From assembly GCA_963711795.1 (NCBI GenBank), contig CAVQFD010000005.1:713695-777694 (forward strand): a stretch of 64,000 bases of DNA, read 5' to 3'. This document shows, piece by piece, positions 43,272 to 51,497 of the stretch (position 1 is the stretch's first letter; each line of letters opens with the position of its first letter). Source of the DNA: an uncultured Acidobacteriota bacterium. Lineage in GTDB: Bacteria; Acidobacteriota; Vicinamibacteria; Vicinamibacterales; CAVVIG01. The notes beneath the pieces were generated by a model. The model saw nothing but the letters and a program-made list of their open reading frames with translations. It searched no databases and had not been told where the DNA came from. The translations under genes and the position numbers were made by a program.

Positions 43272-43523
43272 CTAGTTTAGCAGAGCGTCCTCGCGGACCA
43301 GCACGCGGCGTCCGATGCGGACGATGCCGGGGAGCTGGCCCCGCTCCACCATCGAGTAGATCGCCTTCCTGGTCGTCCGCAGGAGTTCGGCCACTTCGAC
43401 CGGCGTCAACAAGGCGGGAGCGGGGCTGAGTCTCTGTGCCGCCGTCTCACTTGAGCACGGTGGATGCGCCAGGGTCAGAGGCGCGTGTAGCTTTCCACGA
43501 CTCGGGCTGGCGGGCTTGTTCAT
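43272..43523 (-). CDS. Excisionase/AlpA-like helix-turn-helix protein
   Basis: LLTPVEVAELLRTTRKAIYSMVERGQLPGIVRIGRRVLVREDALL. The ATG shares one nt with the upstream stop (TGATG). Confidence 0.6.
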   Translation of the reverse strand: MNKPASPSRGKLHAPLTLAHPPCSSETAAQRLSPAPALLTPVEVAELLRTTRKAIYSMVERGQLPGIVRIGRRVLVREDALLN

Positions 43524-43855
43524 CAACTCGTCGATTCGGTCCTGGCTCGAATGGCGGACAGGCGCTCGTCCACCTTTTTCCATTTATCGCGGTCCGCCCG
43601 ATCGATCAGTGCGCGCATGGAATCCGCGGTCACGGCTGTTCCGTCTACGAGTGCGAAATGCAGATTCAGGAGGATGACTCGCAGGGCCAGGAACTCGGCG
43701 AGTAACGCGGTCACCATGGGATCGGGCTGCACCGCATGCAGCAGGGTTTTGCGCGCCCACTCGCTAATCGTCAGCGGGGCGGCGAGACTCGCGACGAGCT
43801 CGTACTCCGCGTCTGTGACTTTGGTGCTGAGCGACTTCGTGCGTCGTGTGGCCAT
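43523..43855 (-). CDS. Ribbon-helix-helix (CopG/MobC-like) DNA-binding protein
   Basis: MATRRTKSLSTKVTDAEYELVASLAAPLTISEWARKTLLHAV. It is the first gene of the RHH-Xis-Int operon. Confidence 0.55.
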   Translation of the reverse strand: MATRRTKSLSTKVTDAEYELVASLAAPLTISEWARKTLLHAVQPDPMVTALLAEFLALRVILLNLHFALVDGTAVTADSMRALIDRADRDKWKKVDERLSAIRARTESTS

Positions 43856-43922
43856 GGGGTTCTCCGCAGAGCGAAAACCGGGCCGAAGATCGGCCGCTTC
43901 TCTAACCCGCATCGATTCAACG

Positions 43923-44017
43923 AGTTCCCTGTTGGCAACCGATGTTCCTGGCGAGGAACCGCGCACCGCCAACCGGCGTGTCTTCAGAAGGTTCCGAATG
44001 AGGAACCGAGGTTCCTG
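43923..44017. promoter_or_regulatory. Cluster of GGTTCC/GGAACC inverted and direct repeats upstream of the RHH gene; candidate operator or recombinase arm sites
   Basis: gttccctg, GTTCCTggcgAGGAAC, GGTTCCgaatgaGGAACCgaGGTTCC. Confidence 0.35.
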
Positions 44018-44189
44018 GGCAGCACCCTGCTGGGGGTGACGTGTCACACCTACTCCCGCTGCGCAGCAGCGCTCTTCGCGGCACGCCGTCGCGCGGGTCA
44101 GAATCTGACTCTGCTCGGTCACCAGCCGAGGGTCAGATTTGACCCTTATGGCGGAGCGGTTTCGCAAGGGGAGTTGGCTGACGAGTGAA

Positions 44190-44508
44190 CTACTTACCGA
44201 TCCGGGAAAGCCAGTAGCCAGGTTCGCGGCTGTCGTGCGCAAACGCCAGAATTCGAAAGGCGCCTTCCCACGGTAAGTACACGACGTGGTACGGGAAGCG
44301 CTTCACCGGGACTTGGCGGACGGGCACGTCGTTGGGTAGGCCAGGAACTCGGCGCCCGATCTGCGGCCAACCGGCGATCTGTTCCAGCGCGAAGTCCACG
44401 GCCTGGACCAACTCCAAGCCAAGCCCGTGCGCTGGCCTTCTGTACGACAGTGCGGCGTCTTCAAGCTCGGCGGAGGCTTCTGGCTCGGGGCGGAACTGTA
44501 CCGGTCAT
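44190..44508 (-). CDS. ParE/RelE-family toxin; frameshift right after the ATG
   Basis: ...VQFRPEPEASAELEDAALSYRRPAHGLGLELVQAVDFALEQIAGWPQIG...FPYHVVYLPWEGAFRILAFAHDSREPGYW. The ATG overlaps the antitoxin stop (ATGA). Confidence 0.7.
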
Positions 44509-44750
44509 CGTTCGGTCAGCCGTCGGACAACGCGCGCGCGCACGTCTTCCCACGGTTCACCGGCCGATTCGCCGTTCATCACACGTCGCGCCCGTCGTTC
44601 GATTTCATGAGCCCAGGCGGCTTCGACCTCGGCGGCATTTTTCGCCGGCGCCTCGTCGAGGCTGGCCAACAACTCGGCGGCCACGTCGGCGCGTTCTTCA
44701 ACGGGCAACGTCAAGGCTTCTCGAAGAAGTTCTTGCGCTCGGGACGTCAT
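44505..44750 (-). CDS. Addiction-module antitoxin component
   Basis: MTSRAQELLREALTLPVEERADVAAELLASLDE...EVEAAWAHEIERR. Confidence 0.7.
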   Translation of the reverse strand: MTSRAQELLREALTLPVEERADVAAELLASLDEAPAKNAAEVEAAWAHEIERRARRVMNGESAGEPWEDVRARVVRRLTER

Positions 44751-44776
44751 GTCGCCATTCTAGACTCGGCCGGGCA

Positions 44777-44847
44777 GCCCAACAAGCGGCTGCACCAGAC
44801 GGCTGCGAGCTTTTTGTGCAGCCGCTGGTGAGCCGCGATCGTTAGGC
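44777..44847 (+). repeat. attC site 1 (R'' GCCCAAC ... R' GTTAGGC)
   Basis: gcccaacaagcggctgcacc...ggtgcagccgctggtgagccgcgatcGTTAGGC. L''/L' pair with unpaired bases. Confidence 0.75.
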
Positions 44848-45052
44848 CCTCGGCGGACGGAAGAGCAAGATGACTATCCAGTACGCGCTGTGGCCCGGCG
44901 ACAGTTTCTCTGAACTCTCGGACTTAATTCGTCGTTCGCGGGTGCCGCGTGCGGCTAATTGGGGCTGTGTTGTCGGTTGAATGCGAGCCTGCCCAAGCAA
45001 CGGAAGCGGCGGCTCTTGCCAACGAGTACGGTGAGGCGCTCCGGAAATACTT

Positions 45053-45526
45053 TTGGTTCGCTCGGCTCATGACTGTCGAGGAGGACCGGGGCAATGCCAG
45101 CACGAGCAGTCACCATCCAAGGCAAAACCGCGCCCGAAGGCATCGCGGGATTGTGTGCGACTGAGAGACGCCCGGCGCTCGATTGTCAAACGCGCACATG
45201 CGCGTTTGAGTCAGTGCTACGACTACTTCCAGCTGGCCCGCGATGAACCGAAGCATGCCTTGTTCAATATCTACAAGCTCATTGAGACGATCGAGGGTGA
45301 GTATGGTGGCGAGAAGGAGGCAGCTCGCGCCCTCGACGATGGTGGGCTCATTAAGCGGCTCAAGCGTCACGCGAACCAGGGGGATCATGACCAGCGCCAC
45401 GCCCCGCTTGACCCCGGAGCCGCCGTGCCGATTGACGACAACTCTTTGGCACTGTTGACTGAGGCGACGAACGACTTGCTTCGTAGGTACGAGGATGCGG
45501 TTGCATCAGCGGCGCCATCCTCTTAG
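45053..45526 (+). CDS. Hypothetical cassette ORF; start and frame uncertain
   Basis: ORF only. Readable part is ...RLSQCYDYFQLARDEPKHALFNIYKLIETIEGEYGGEKEAARAL.... Overlapping ORF 44949..45164 suggests a possible frameshift. Confidence 0.35.
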   Translation: MVRSAHDCRGGPGQCQHEQSPSKAKPRPKASRDCVRLRDARRSIVKRAHARLSQCYDYFQLARDEPKHALFNIYKLIETIEGEYGGEKEAARALDDGGLIKRLKRHANQGDHDQRHAPLDPGAAVPIDDNSLALLTEATNDLLRRYEDAVASAAPSS

Positions 45527-45549
45527 TCCTGCTGGCCAAATGCTTCGTG

Positions 45550-45621
45550 GCCTAACAGCGTTCCACCAGTCGGCCGCTGATGCGATCGTGAGCGGCCGCT
45601 CGTGAACGCTGGCCGTTAGAC
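45550..45621 (+). repeat. attC site 2 (GCCTAAC ... GTTAGAC)
   Basis: gcctaacagcgttccaccagtcggccgctgatgcgatcgtgagcggccgctcgtgaacgctggccgttagac. Confidence 0.8.
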
Positions 45622-45721
45622 CGCCAGTCAAGGAGAGGGTGCCGCTCTAGGAGAACTGGTAGGGTACGTCGTCGCGACCGAGTCCGCCTTCTCAATCATT
45701 CACTCATCCAAGGAGACACAC

Positions 45722-46245
45722 ATGCCCATCACCGCATTCAACAGTTTCAGCGACGGACTCGCTCCGAATCAAAGAAGCCGGGAGCATTTCATCGCCAACA
45801 TCGATCTGAAGACGGCCCGCACTGGGTGCCCTATGCCGACGGCGTCTGGATCCAACTCTGCCACTTCAATGTCACGTCCGGCGGATTCAGCGTTGTCCTG
45901 AAAGGTCTCCCGGGCGCCGCGCTGGGCACTCACTACCACATCGGGACCGTTCGGGGCTTTACGATGCGTGGTCAGTGGCGGTACCTGGAACATGACTGGG
46001 TTGCGAAGCCCGGCACGTTCATCTACGAACCCGCCGGCGAGGCCCACACGCTGGTCATCACGGACGACTCCCCGGAGCCGGCGCTGATCTTCTTCGCGGT
46101 CGAGGGCGGCCTCATCTACCTGGACAAGGCGGTCGACGGCGGTTTTGCCGCTTATGAGGACGGCTTTACCGCTTTGGAACTGGCCCGAAAGTACTATCGT
46201 GAGGCCGGTCTCGATGTGCGCAAGCTGGATGCGCTAGTTCGCTAA
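45722..46245 (+). CDS. Cupin-fold protein, 2,4'-dihydroxyacetophenone-dioxygenase-like; one frameshift ~45810
   Basis: An aaggag RBS precedes MPITAFNSFSDGLAPN...EHFIANIDLK. After the shift it reads DGPHWVPYADGVWIQLCHFNVTSGGFSVVLKGLPGAALGTHYHIG...YEPAGEAHTL. Confidence 0.65.
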
Positions 46246-46255
46246 TTGGGCTGCG

Positions 46256-46316
46256 GTCTAACAACCGGTTGCAGCGGACGGCGCTGTCGCGCCGCCGCTG
46301 AACCGGAGCGTTAGCC
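46256..46316 (+). repeat. attC site 3 (GTCTAAC ... GTTAGCC)
   Basis: gtctaacaaccggttgcagcggacggcgctgtcgcgccgccgctgaaccggagcgttagcc. Confidence 0.8.
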
Positions 46317-46347
46317 GGACGAACCAAGCAATTCAGGCTCAAGAACA

Positions 46348-46793
46348 TTGACTGACAATGAACTGGTTCTTGAACACTCCGTCGAGGCAGATGTGAGCGC
46401 GGCATTTGCCTGGGAGGACCGGACCGACATTACAACCTGGATCGATCCACCCGCGACGTTTCAGCTCAATGGGCCATTCGTTGAGGGAACCCAGGGGACA
46501 ACCCTCATGCCGGGACAAGACCGGCTCACGTGGTGGATTCGCGATGTTCACGCCGGATCGTCGTTCGCGATCGAAATGCCATTGGATCGAGCGACGCTCC
46601 GATTCGAATGGCACGTTGTCCCGGTCTCGGAGCAACGGACAAAGCTCACGCAACGGATCATTCTCTCAGGAAGCAACGCCACAGCGTATCGCGAACAGCT
46701 TCAAACGGGATTCGGGTCGACGCTTGCGGCCGGTATGGCAAGGATGTCAGCAGACATGGTGGCGGCGGAGAGAATCGGAAGACTCCCGGCTAA
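46348..46793 (+). CDS. SRPBCC (polyketide cyclase/START-like) protein; frameshift ~46765. The restored frame stops at the TAA inside attC R''
   Basis: MTDNELVLEHSVEADVSAAFAWEDRTDITTWIDPPATFQLNGPF...WWIRDVHAGSSFAIEMPLDRATLRFEWHV. Confidence 0.6.
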
Positions 46794-46866
46794 CTTTCGC
46801 CTGGAGCCGACGCGCCGTTCTTCTGTGCGATCATGCCTGGCGCGCGGCTCAGGCGCAGCGTTGGGC
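46788..46866 (+). repeat. attC site 4 (GGCTAAC ... GTTGGGC)
   Basis: ggctaactttcgcctggagccgacgcgcc...ggcgcgcggctcaggcgcagcgttgggc. Confidence 0.7.
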
Positions 46867-46879
46867 GGACAAGCGATGT

Positions 46880-47551
46880 TCAAGTCTGTACCGAGGCATC
46901 AACCACAGTCTTACGCGATTGAATCGCCCGCCATGAGACGGTCATCAGCCAGGCACAAAAGCTCAGCACCATCAGGCGGTTCAGCCATCCGTTCCACGAG
47001 CCGGGACCGAACACGCGGCCGCTCGACAGTACCGCGATGGTATGGACCAAGGTCACCGCGACGCTTATCCACATGAAGTGGGCTGTCCATCGAATCGACT
47101 GCATGGCGGCCCGCCATGTCTGGCGGCGTCCAAGACTTCGGCTGAGAAGCACACCGGCGATCGGCAAGCTAAGAATGAATATCGCTCCGGCCGCACTATG
47201 AAGCATCCCGTGCGTCGTCATGTCTTCCGGCTTTGTCGTGATGGGATCCACGACAAAGATGCCGCCCACAGCCAGAGCCGCGGCGACAACAAGAAGCAGG
47301 CTGAGCGCGATCCTGCCGCCGGTGGTTTCGATCTCGGAGCGAAGGGCCGCAAATAACGCGGCGCAGCTGAGGGCCATGGAAAACATTGCCATCCTCATGA
47401 CCCAGCCGTAGTCTCCGATGGCGTATTCACTGCCCATACGCCATGAGGGATCCAGTTCCGGTTTGAGGACGTGCAAGATAGCGAGCAAAACAAGGAACGC
47501 GGCGGCAGCGGCAAATGACACGCGAGCTGCAGGTATTGAACTTGCCGTCAT
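46880..47551 (-). CDS. DUF998-like polytopic membrane protein (reverse-oriented cassette)
   Basis: Six predicted TM helices. Sequence includes MTASSIPAARVSFAAAAAFLVLLAILHVLKPELDPSWRMGSEYAIGDYGWVMR. Confidence 0.6.
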   Translation of the reverse strand: MTASSIPAARVSFAAAAAFLVLLAILHVLKPELDPSWRMGSEYAIGDYGWVMRMAMFSMALSCAALFAALRSEIETTGGRIALSLLLVVAAALAVGGIFVVDPITTKPEDMTTHGMLHSAAGAIFILSLPIAGVLLSRSLGRRQTWRAAMQSIRWTAHFMWISVAVTLVHTIAVLSSGRVFGPGSWNGWLNRLMVLSFCAWLMTVSWRAIQSRKTVVDASVQT

Positions 47552-47623
47552 CGATACAACCTCATTCTTCTTTTCGATTCGATGTCATTATCCGTTGTTT
47601 TTCAGCTCAAATAGTTAGCGGTT

Positions 47624-48603
47624 TGGAGTTCCCAGGATTCAGTGGACAGTCGTTTTAGCATCCGCAGCGGAGGCCGATGCCGATGTCCACGAAGCCAGCG
47701 CCGGGCGAGTCCGGTCGACGTACGAATTCATCAAGGCCCATCGAGACCAGTACAGCGTGCAGACGATGTGTCGCGTCCTCGGCGTCGCTCCGAGCGGCTA
47801 CTACGAGTGGCTTCAGCAGCCGATCTCGAACCGCGCGCAAGAGGATGCCCGGCTGCTTCGCCTGATTCGGGCGTCGTTCGTCGCGAGCCACGGCATCTAC
47901 GGCGCGCCGCGCGTCTTCCTCGATCTGCGTGAAGCGGGAGAGACCTGCAGCAAGCATCGCGTCGCGCGGCTGATGCGCGAAGCCAATCTGCGGGCGCTGC
48001 ATGGCTATCGCACGCGGCGCTGGGCCGTCGGGAAGCCGTCGGTCCTGATTCCGAATCTGCTGCAGCGACAATTCACCGTCGACGCGGCCCAACAAGGCCT
48101 GGGTGACCGATATCACCTACATTCGGACCTGGCAGGGCTGGCTCTACCTGGCCGTCGTCATGGATCTGTTCTCGCGCAAGATCGTGGGCTGGGCCGCCGG
48201 CCCGACCATTCACCGCGAGCTCGTGCTCGATGCCGTGCTGATGGCGGTGCGGCGACGACGGCCGCGCGGCACGCTGATTCACTCCGATCAGGGCACCCAG
48301 TACGGCAGCGACGCGTGGCGGCGATTCTGCCGTTCGAATCACCTCGAGCCGAGCATGAGCCGGAAGGGCAACTGCTGGGACAACGCCGTCGCCGAGTCCT
48401 TCTTCAGCAGCTTGAAGAAAGAGCGGATCAAGAAACAGATCTACAAGAACCGGGAGCTGGCGATCGCCGACGTGGCCGACTACATCGATACGTTCTACAA
48501 TCGGACGCGCCGCCACAGTCATCTCGGCGGGCTGAGTCCCGAGCAATTCGAAGCGGCTCACAACCGGCGCCGAAAACGTCTCCACTGAATCCTGGGAACT
48601 CCA
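47624..48603 (+). mobile_element. IS3-family element remnant (980 bp) with 23-bp terminal inverted repeats and no intact orfA
   Basis: IRL TGGAGTTCCCAGGATTCAGTGGA starts at 47624. Its reverse complement ends at 48603. No clear target-site duplication (gtt versus ggc). Confidence 0.8.
47757..48588 (+). pseudogene. IS3-family transposase OrfB (HTH_21 + rve/DDE integrase core); frameshift ~48085
   Basis: MCRVLGVAPSGYYEWLQQPISNRAQEDARLL...HGYRTRRW (ORF 47757) joins VTDITYIRTWQGWLYLAVVMDLFSRKIVGW...IHSDQGTQYGS...DNAVAESFFSSLKKE (ORF 48103..48588). Confidence 0.85.
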
Positions 48604-48646
48604 GGCTCGGCGGTTGCAAGATGAGATGGCGGGCGTGTGATGAGCG

Positions 48647-48718
48647 GTCTAACATGCGTTGCACCAGACGACCGCTGATGCGATCGTGAGCGGCCGCCGG
48701 TGAACGCGGACGTTGAAC
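48647..48718 (+). repeat. attC site 5 (GTCTAAC ... GTTGAAC)
   Basis: gtctaacatgcgttgcaccagacgaccgctgatgcgatcgtgagcggccgccggtgaacgcggacgttgaac. Confidence 0.8.
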
Positions 48719-48929
48719 CGCCGTAGCCCTCAGCGGACCTCCAAAAGACGGACGAACGTTGCCACGATATTGCCACGACGGAGGGCGATTCCAGCGGAGT
48801 CTCGGGGACACCAGTGAACGATTGCACGGTCTAAACTTGATGACTCGGCAGGGCTTGTTGCCAGAAGTCCCACGCCATCGTCATGTTAAAGAATCACGTG
48901 AATAGGGTTCACTCTCCCTTCTCCGCCAC
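48713..48929 (+). repeat. Non-coding cassette segment X, copy 1: ~190-nt conserved block ending in a degenerate copy of the tRNA-Sec 3' end (48905-48929)
   Basis: Near-identical to 52522-52731. It ends gggttcactctcccttctccgccac, against the tRNA sequence gggttcgactccctcccttctccgccac. Confidence 0.8.
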
Positions 48930-48950
48930 GCCCATTCGGGCGTGGCGTTC

Positions 48951-49389
48951 GAAGGGAGCGTCTAGGCTTCGGCCAATGGGCTTCGCCCATCGGCCTCGGC
49001 ACGACTCCCACTGAAGGGAGCGTCCAGGCTTCGTGCGACGGGTTTCACCCATCGCCCTCGGCACGACTCCCGCGGTAGTGCGCGACGTCGGTTCGGGCGT
49101 GGCGTTCGAAGGGAGCGTCTAGGCTTCGGCCAACGGGCTCTGCCCGTTGCCCTCGGCACGACTCCCTCTGAAGGAAGTGTCTGAGGTTCAGGCGATGGGC
49201 TTCGCCCATCGGCCTCGGCACGATCCCCTTGAAGGAGCGGTCTAGGCTTCGGCACGACTCCCGGTTCGAGGGAGCGACTAGGCTTCGGCCATTGAGCTTC
49301 GCTCGTCGGCCTCGGCACGACTCCCTCTAAAGGAAGCGTCTAGGCTGGTTACGATGGCTTCACCAATCGCCCTTGGCATGACTCTCTCT
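48951..49389 (+). repeat. Tandem array of ~7 units (~61-63 nt), each with a GGGAG...CTCCC frame around an internal hairpin
   Basis: Unit is gaagggagcgtctaggcttcGGCCAATGGGCttcGCCCATCGGCCtcggcacgactcccact. Units start at 48951, 49013, 49107, 49170, 49231, 49268 and 49329. Confidence 0.8.
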
Positions 49390-49462
49390 GACTAGCACAC
49401 GTTGCACCTGGCGGCGGCTGTTGCGAGACTGAACCGCCGCTCGTGAACGATAGCCGCTAGGC
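49390..49462 (+). repeat. attC site 6, degenerate cores (ACTAGCA ... GCTAGGC)
   Basis: L''/L' cgttgcacctggcggcgg ... ccgccgctcgtgaacg resemble those of attC 2 and 5. Confidence 0.55.
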
Positions 49463-49641
49463 AGCTACGACCGAATTGGAGAATCGCTCCGCCGATTTGA
49501 ATTGTTCCGTCGCCCAGCTCTGCAGTACAGTCGGCCAACTTACCACACGGCCGCAGACGACGGATATCGTGCGCCGGTGCTGATGCGGCTCCGTTCGGCC
49601 GACTCGCACTTCGCCAATGTGTGAACTGGAAGAGAGTTGCT

Positions 49642-50120
49642 ATGAAATGGCTGCTGCTCACCATCGGACTAGCTTCCTTAGCCGCTGGTCTGTCTTCGCA
49701 GGGCAAGCGGGTTATCGTCGTCCAGCCTTTCACTCTTGCGTCCGGTGTGGAATTGCCGTACGACACCAAGCTGCTTCAAACACAACTTGTCGCTGATCTC
49801 AAAGTTCAGATCGGCAAGGAGTTCGACTTCGTCGTGGAACCTCCCGCAGCTCCTCAGGGGTCGCTTTATAAGCTGGATGGGGAGATCACGGGCTGGCGTC
49901 CAGGCAATGCTGCCAAACGCCTCGTTATCGGCCTAGGCTCTGGTCGAGAAGCGACGGACATCCATTATTTTGTTACCGACACGTCTGGCCAAAAGGCCAT
50001 CGACCGGACGGACACAATACGTACAACTTCTACTCTCAAGGTGCTGGGTCTGTCGGGACGCTGGTGCATCCGATCGCTCAAAAGATCGCTGAGCGCCTTA
50101 AGGACGCTAGGTTGAAATAG
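49642..50120 (+). CDS. DUF4410-like lipoprotein; frameshift ~50025
   Basis: MKWLLLTIGLASLAAGLSSQGKRVIVVQPFT...LDGEITGWRPGNAAKRLVIGLGSGREATDIHYFV. The restored end is RTNFYSQGAGSVGTLVHPIAQKIAERLKDARLK. Confidence 0.55.
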
Positions 50121-50208
50121 GCCGCCGAACATGGATTGCAGCTGAACGGCGGTCCCAGGACCTGATGACGCGTCGCCGGAAGAAGAGATGATTTCGCGCC
50201 AAGGGCCG

Positions 50209-50317
50209 GTCTAACCGGCCGCTGCACCTGACGGCATCGGGCCGCGCTCACGCGCGCCCCTCGCGCTCGGTGCTATGGTGACTCGCGCGTGCCGCAGCTA
50301 AGCGGCAGGCGTTAGGC
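50209..50317 (+). repeat. attC site 7, long form (GTCTAAC ... GTTAGGC)
   Basis: gtctaaccggccgctgcacc...gtgccgcagctaagcggcaggcgttaggc. Confidence 0.65.
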
Positions 50318-50340
50318 TGACCTTAAGGCCGGGAAAGACG

Positions 50341-50820
50341 ATGCTCATGGATGTGGAGATCCTCGCAGATCAGATCAGCAGGGCCTTCCGGGGCGAGTCC
50401 TGGCATGGGCCCTCGGTGCTCGAGGTGCTGGCGGGTGTCTCGGCGGAAGACGCCGCCGCCCACCCAATTGCCGGAGCTCACAGCATTTGGGAGATCGTCC
50501 TTCACCTGGGTGCTGGATACACTTTGGTCCTTCGGCGCGTTCGTGGAGAGCGTGCAGCGCTCTCGCCGGAAGAAGAGTGGCCTCCAGTGCCGGCGTCCAG
50601 TTCGGAGGCGTGGCGCGAAAGCCAGCGAGCCTTGGAGGAACTCAACGAGCAGCTGCAGGGCGTTGTGCGCGCCTTCCCGGCGGAGCGCCTTCTCCAGGAG
50701 CTGGGCTCCGAGTACTCGGCGTACACCCAGTTCGCCGGCACGCCGCAGCACGACCTATATCATGCGGGTCAGGTCGTTCTACTCAAGAAGGCACTCGCTG
50801 CCTCGCGAAGGGCAGCCTAA
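50341..50820 (+). CDS. DinB-family (DinB_2-like) protein
   Basis: MLMDVEILADQISRAFRGESWHGPSVLEVL...AHSIWEIVLHL...HDLYHAGQVVLLKK. The stop TAA lies inside attC R'' GCCTAAC. Confidence 0.75.
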   Translation: MLMDVEILADQISRAFRGESWHGPSVLEVLAGVSAEDAAAHPIAGAHSIWEIVLHLGAGYTLVLRRVRGERAALSPEEEWPPVPASSSEAWRESQRALEELNEQLQGVVRAFPAERLLQELGSEYSAYTQFAGTPQHDLYHAGQVVLLKKALAASRRAA

Positions 50821-50890
50821 CAACGAGACGAAGCTGACAAGCTGCGATGACGTTGGCTCCCGCACCTTGCAGCTTATCTCGGTGTTATCC
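50815..50890 (+). repeat. attC site 8 (GCCTAAC ... GTTATCC)
   Basis: gcctaacaacgagacgaagctgacaagctgc...gcaccttgcagcttatctcggtgttatcc. Confidence 0.65.
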
Positions 50891-50940
50891 GGACACGGAA
50901 CAAACGCGAATCCAATTCGCGGATCGTTATTGACCTGGCA

Positions 50941-51390
50941 ATGTTTGAACACGTTACTGAGAAGAAGCGCAGTCGATGGCGGACCTTCTGGCCAGAGGTT
51001 GCGGACATCGGTGGAGCCGACGAAGCCATCCGTCTGGGCTACTGGACATGCTCCTTGGTAGCCGGCTTGACTGCTGTGGTGGCACTATTCGGGCAGACAT
51101 GGTCGGGATTGGTCGACGCCCTCGTCTTCGCGCTGCTCGGTCTTGGGTTGAAGCGAAGGTGGCGAAGCGCCGCCGTTGCGGCCTTTCTCCTTTTTGCACT
51201 CAACGTCGTCATCAGCCTCAGTCGCTCGCCGCTTGTCGGGGTGCTCACGGTCATCTTCTTTGTCTGTCTGCTGAGCGGAGTCCGCGGCACGTTTGCGCAC
51301 CGGCGTCTCATCGCCCAAGGCATACAGCCCGGGTCTGGCGTGCCGGTGAATCTAGAAGCTGCGAAACAGGATGGGGACGGTGCCGGATAA
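50941..51390 (+). CDS. Hypothetical membrane protein (3 TM helices)
   Basis: LGYWTCSLVAGLTAVVALFG...LVFALLGLGL...AAFLLFALNVVISL...VLTVIFFVCLLSG. The stop TAA lies inside attC R'' GGATAAC. Confidence 0.5.
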   Translation: MFEHVTEKKRSRWRTFWPEVADIGGADEAIRLGYWTCSLVAGLTAVVALFGQTWSGLVDALVFALLGLGLKRRWRSAAVAAFLLFALNVVISLSRSPLVGVLTVIFFVCLLSGVRGTFAHRRLIAQGIQPGSGVPVNLEAAKQDGDGAG

Positions 51391-51478
51391 CAGCGGCTGG
51401 ACCCGACGGCGGCCCTCGTCGCGAACGAGCTGACTCGCGGGTGATCAGCCACCGCGGGTCAGCCGCCTGCCGTTAGGT
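51385..51478 (+). repeat. attC site 9 (GGATAAC ... GTTAGGT)
   Basis: ggataacagcggctggacccgacggcgg...ccaccgcgggtcagccgcctgccgttaggt. Confidence 0.65.
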
Positions 51479-51497
51479 GCTGCCCATCCCTCTCAAT

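Noticed and set aside
48080-48090. Programmed -1 frameshifting in the IS3 transposase and elsewhere
   Set aside because: The break lies inside the catalytic OrfB region (extra g in gacgcg-g-cccaac), not at an orfA/orfB junction. No slippery heptamer is present. The same kind of break occurs about 50 times in unrelated genes.
48713-48929. tmRNA or tRNA-like ncRNA gene, because of the T-arm/acceptor/CCA-like 3' end
   Set aside because: The 5' half of the T stem is absent (aatag instead of cggag). No convincing 5' acceptor partner exists beyond a weak GGAGGGG with G-U pairs. No tag-peptide ORF is present. Identity to tRNA-Sec starts mid T-arm, as expected for an att repeat.
48951-49389. Possible CRISPR array (regular ~62-nt periodicity with constant and variable parts)
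   Set aside because: The variable segments are all variants of one palindrome rather than unrelated spacers. Units are degenerate and one is truncated. No cas genes are nearby.
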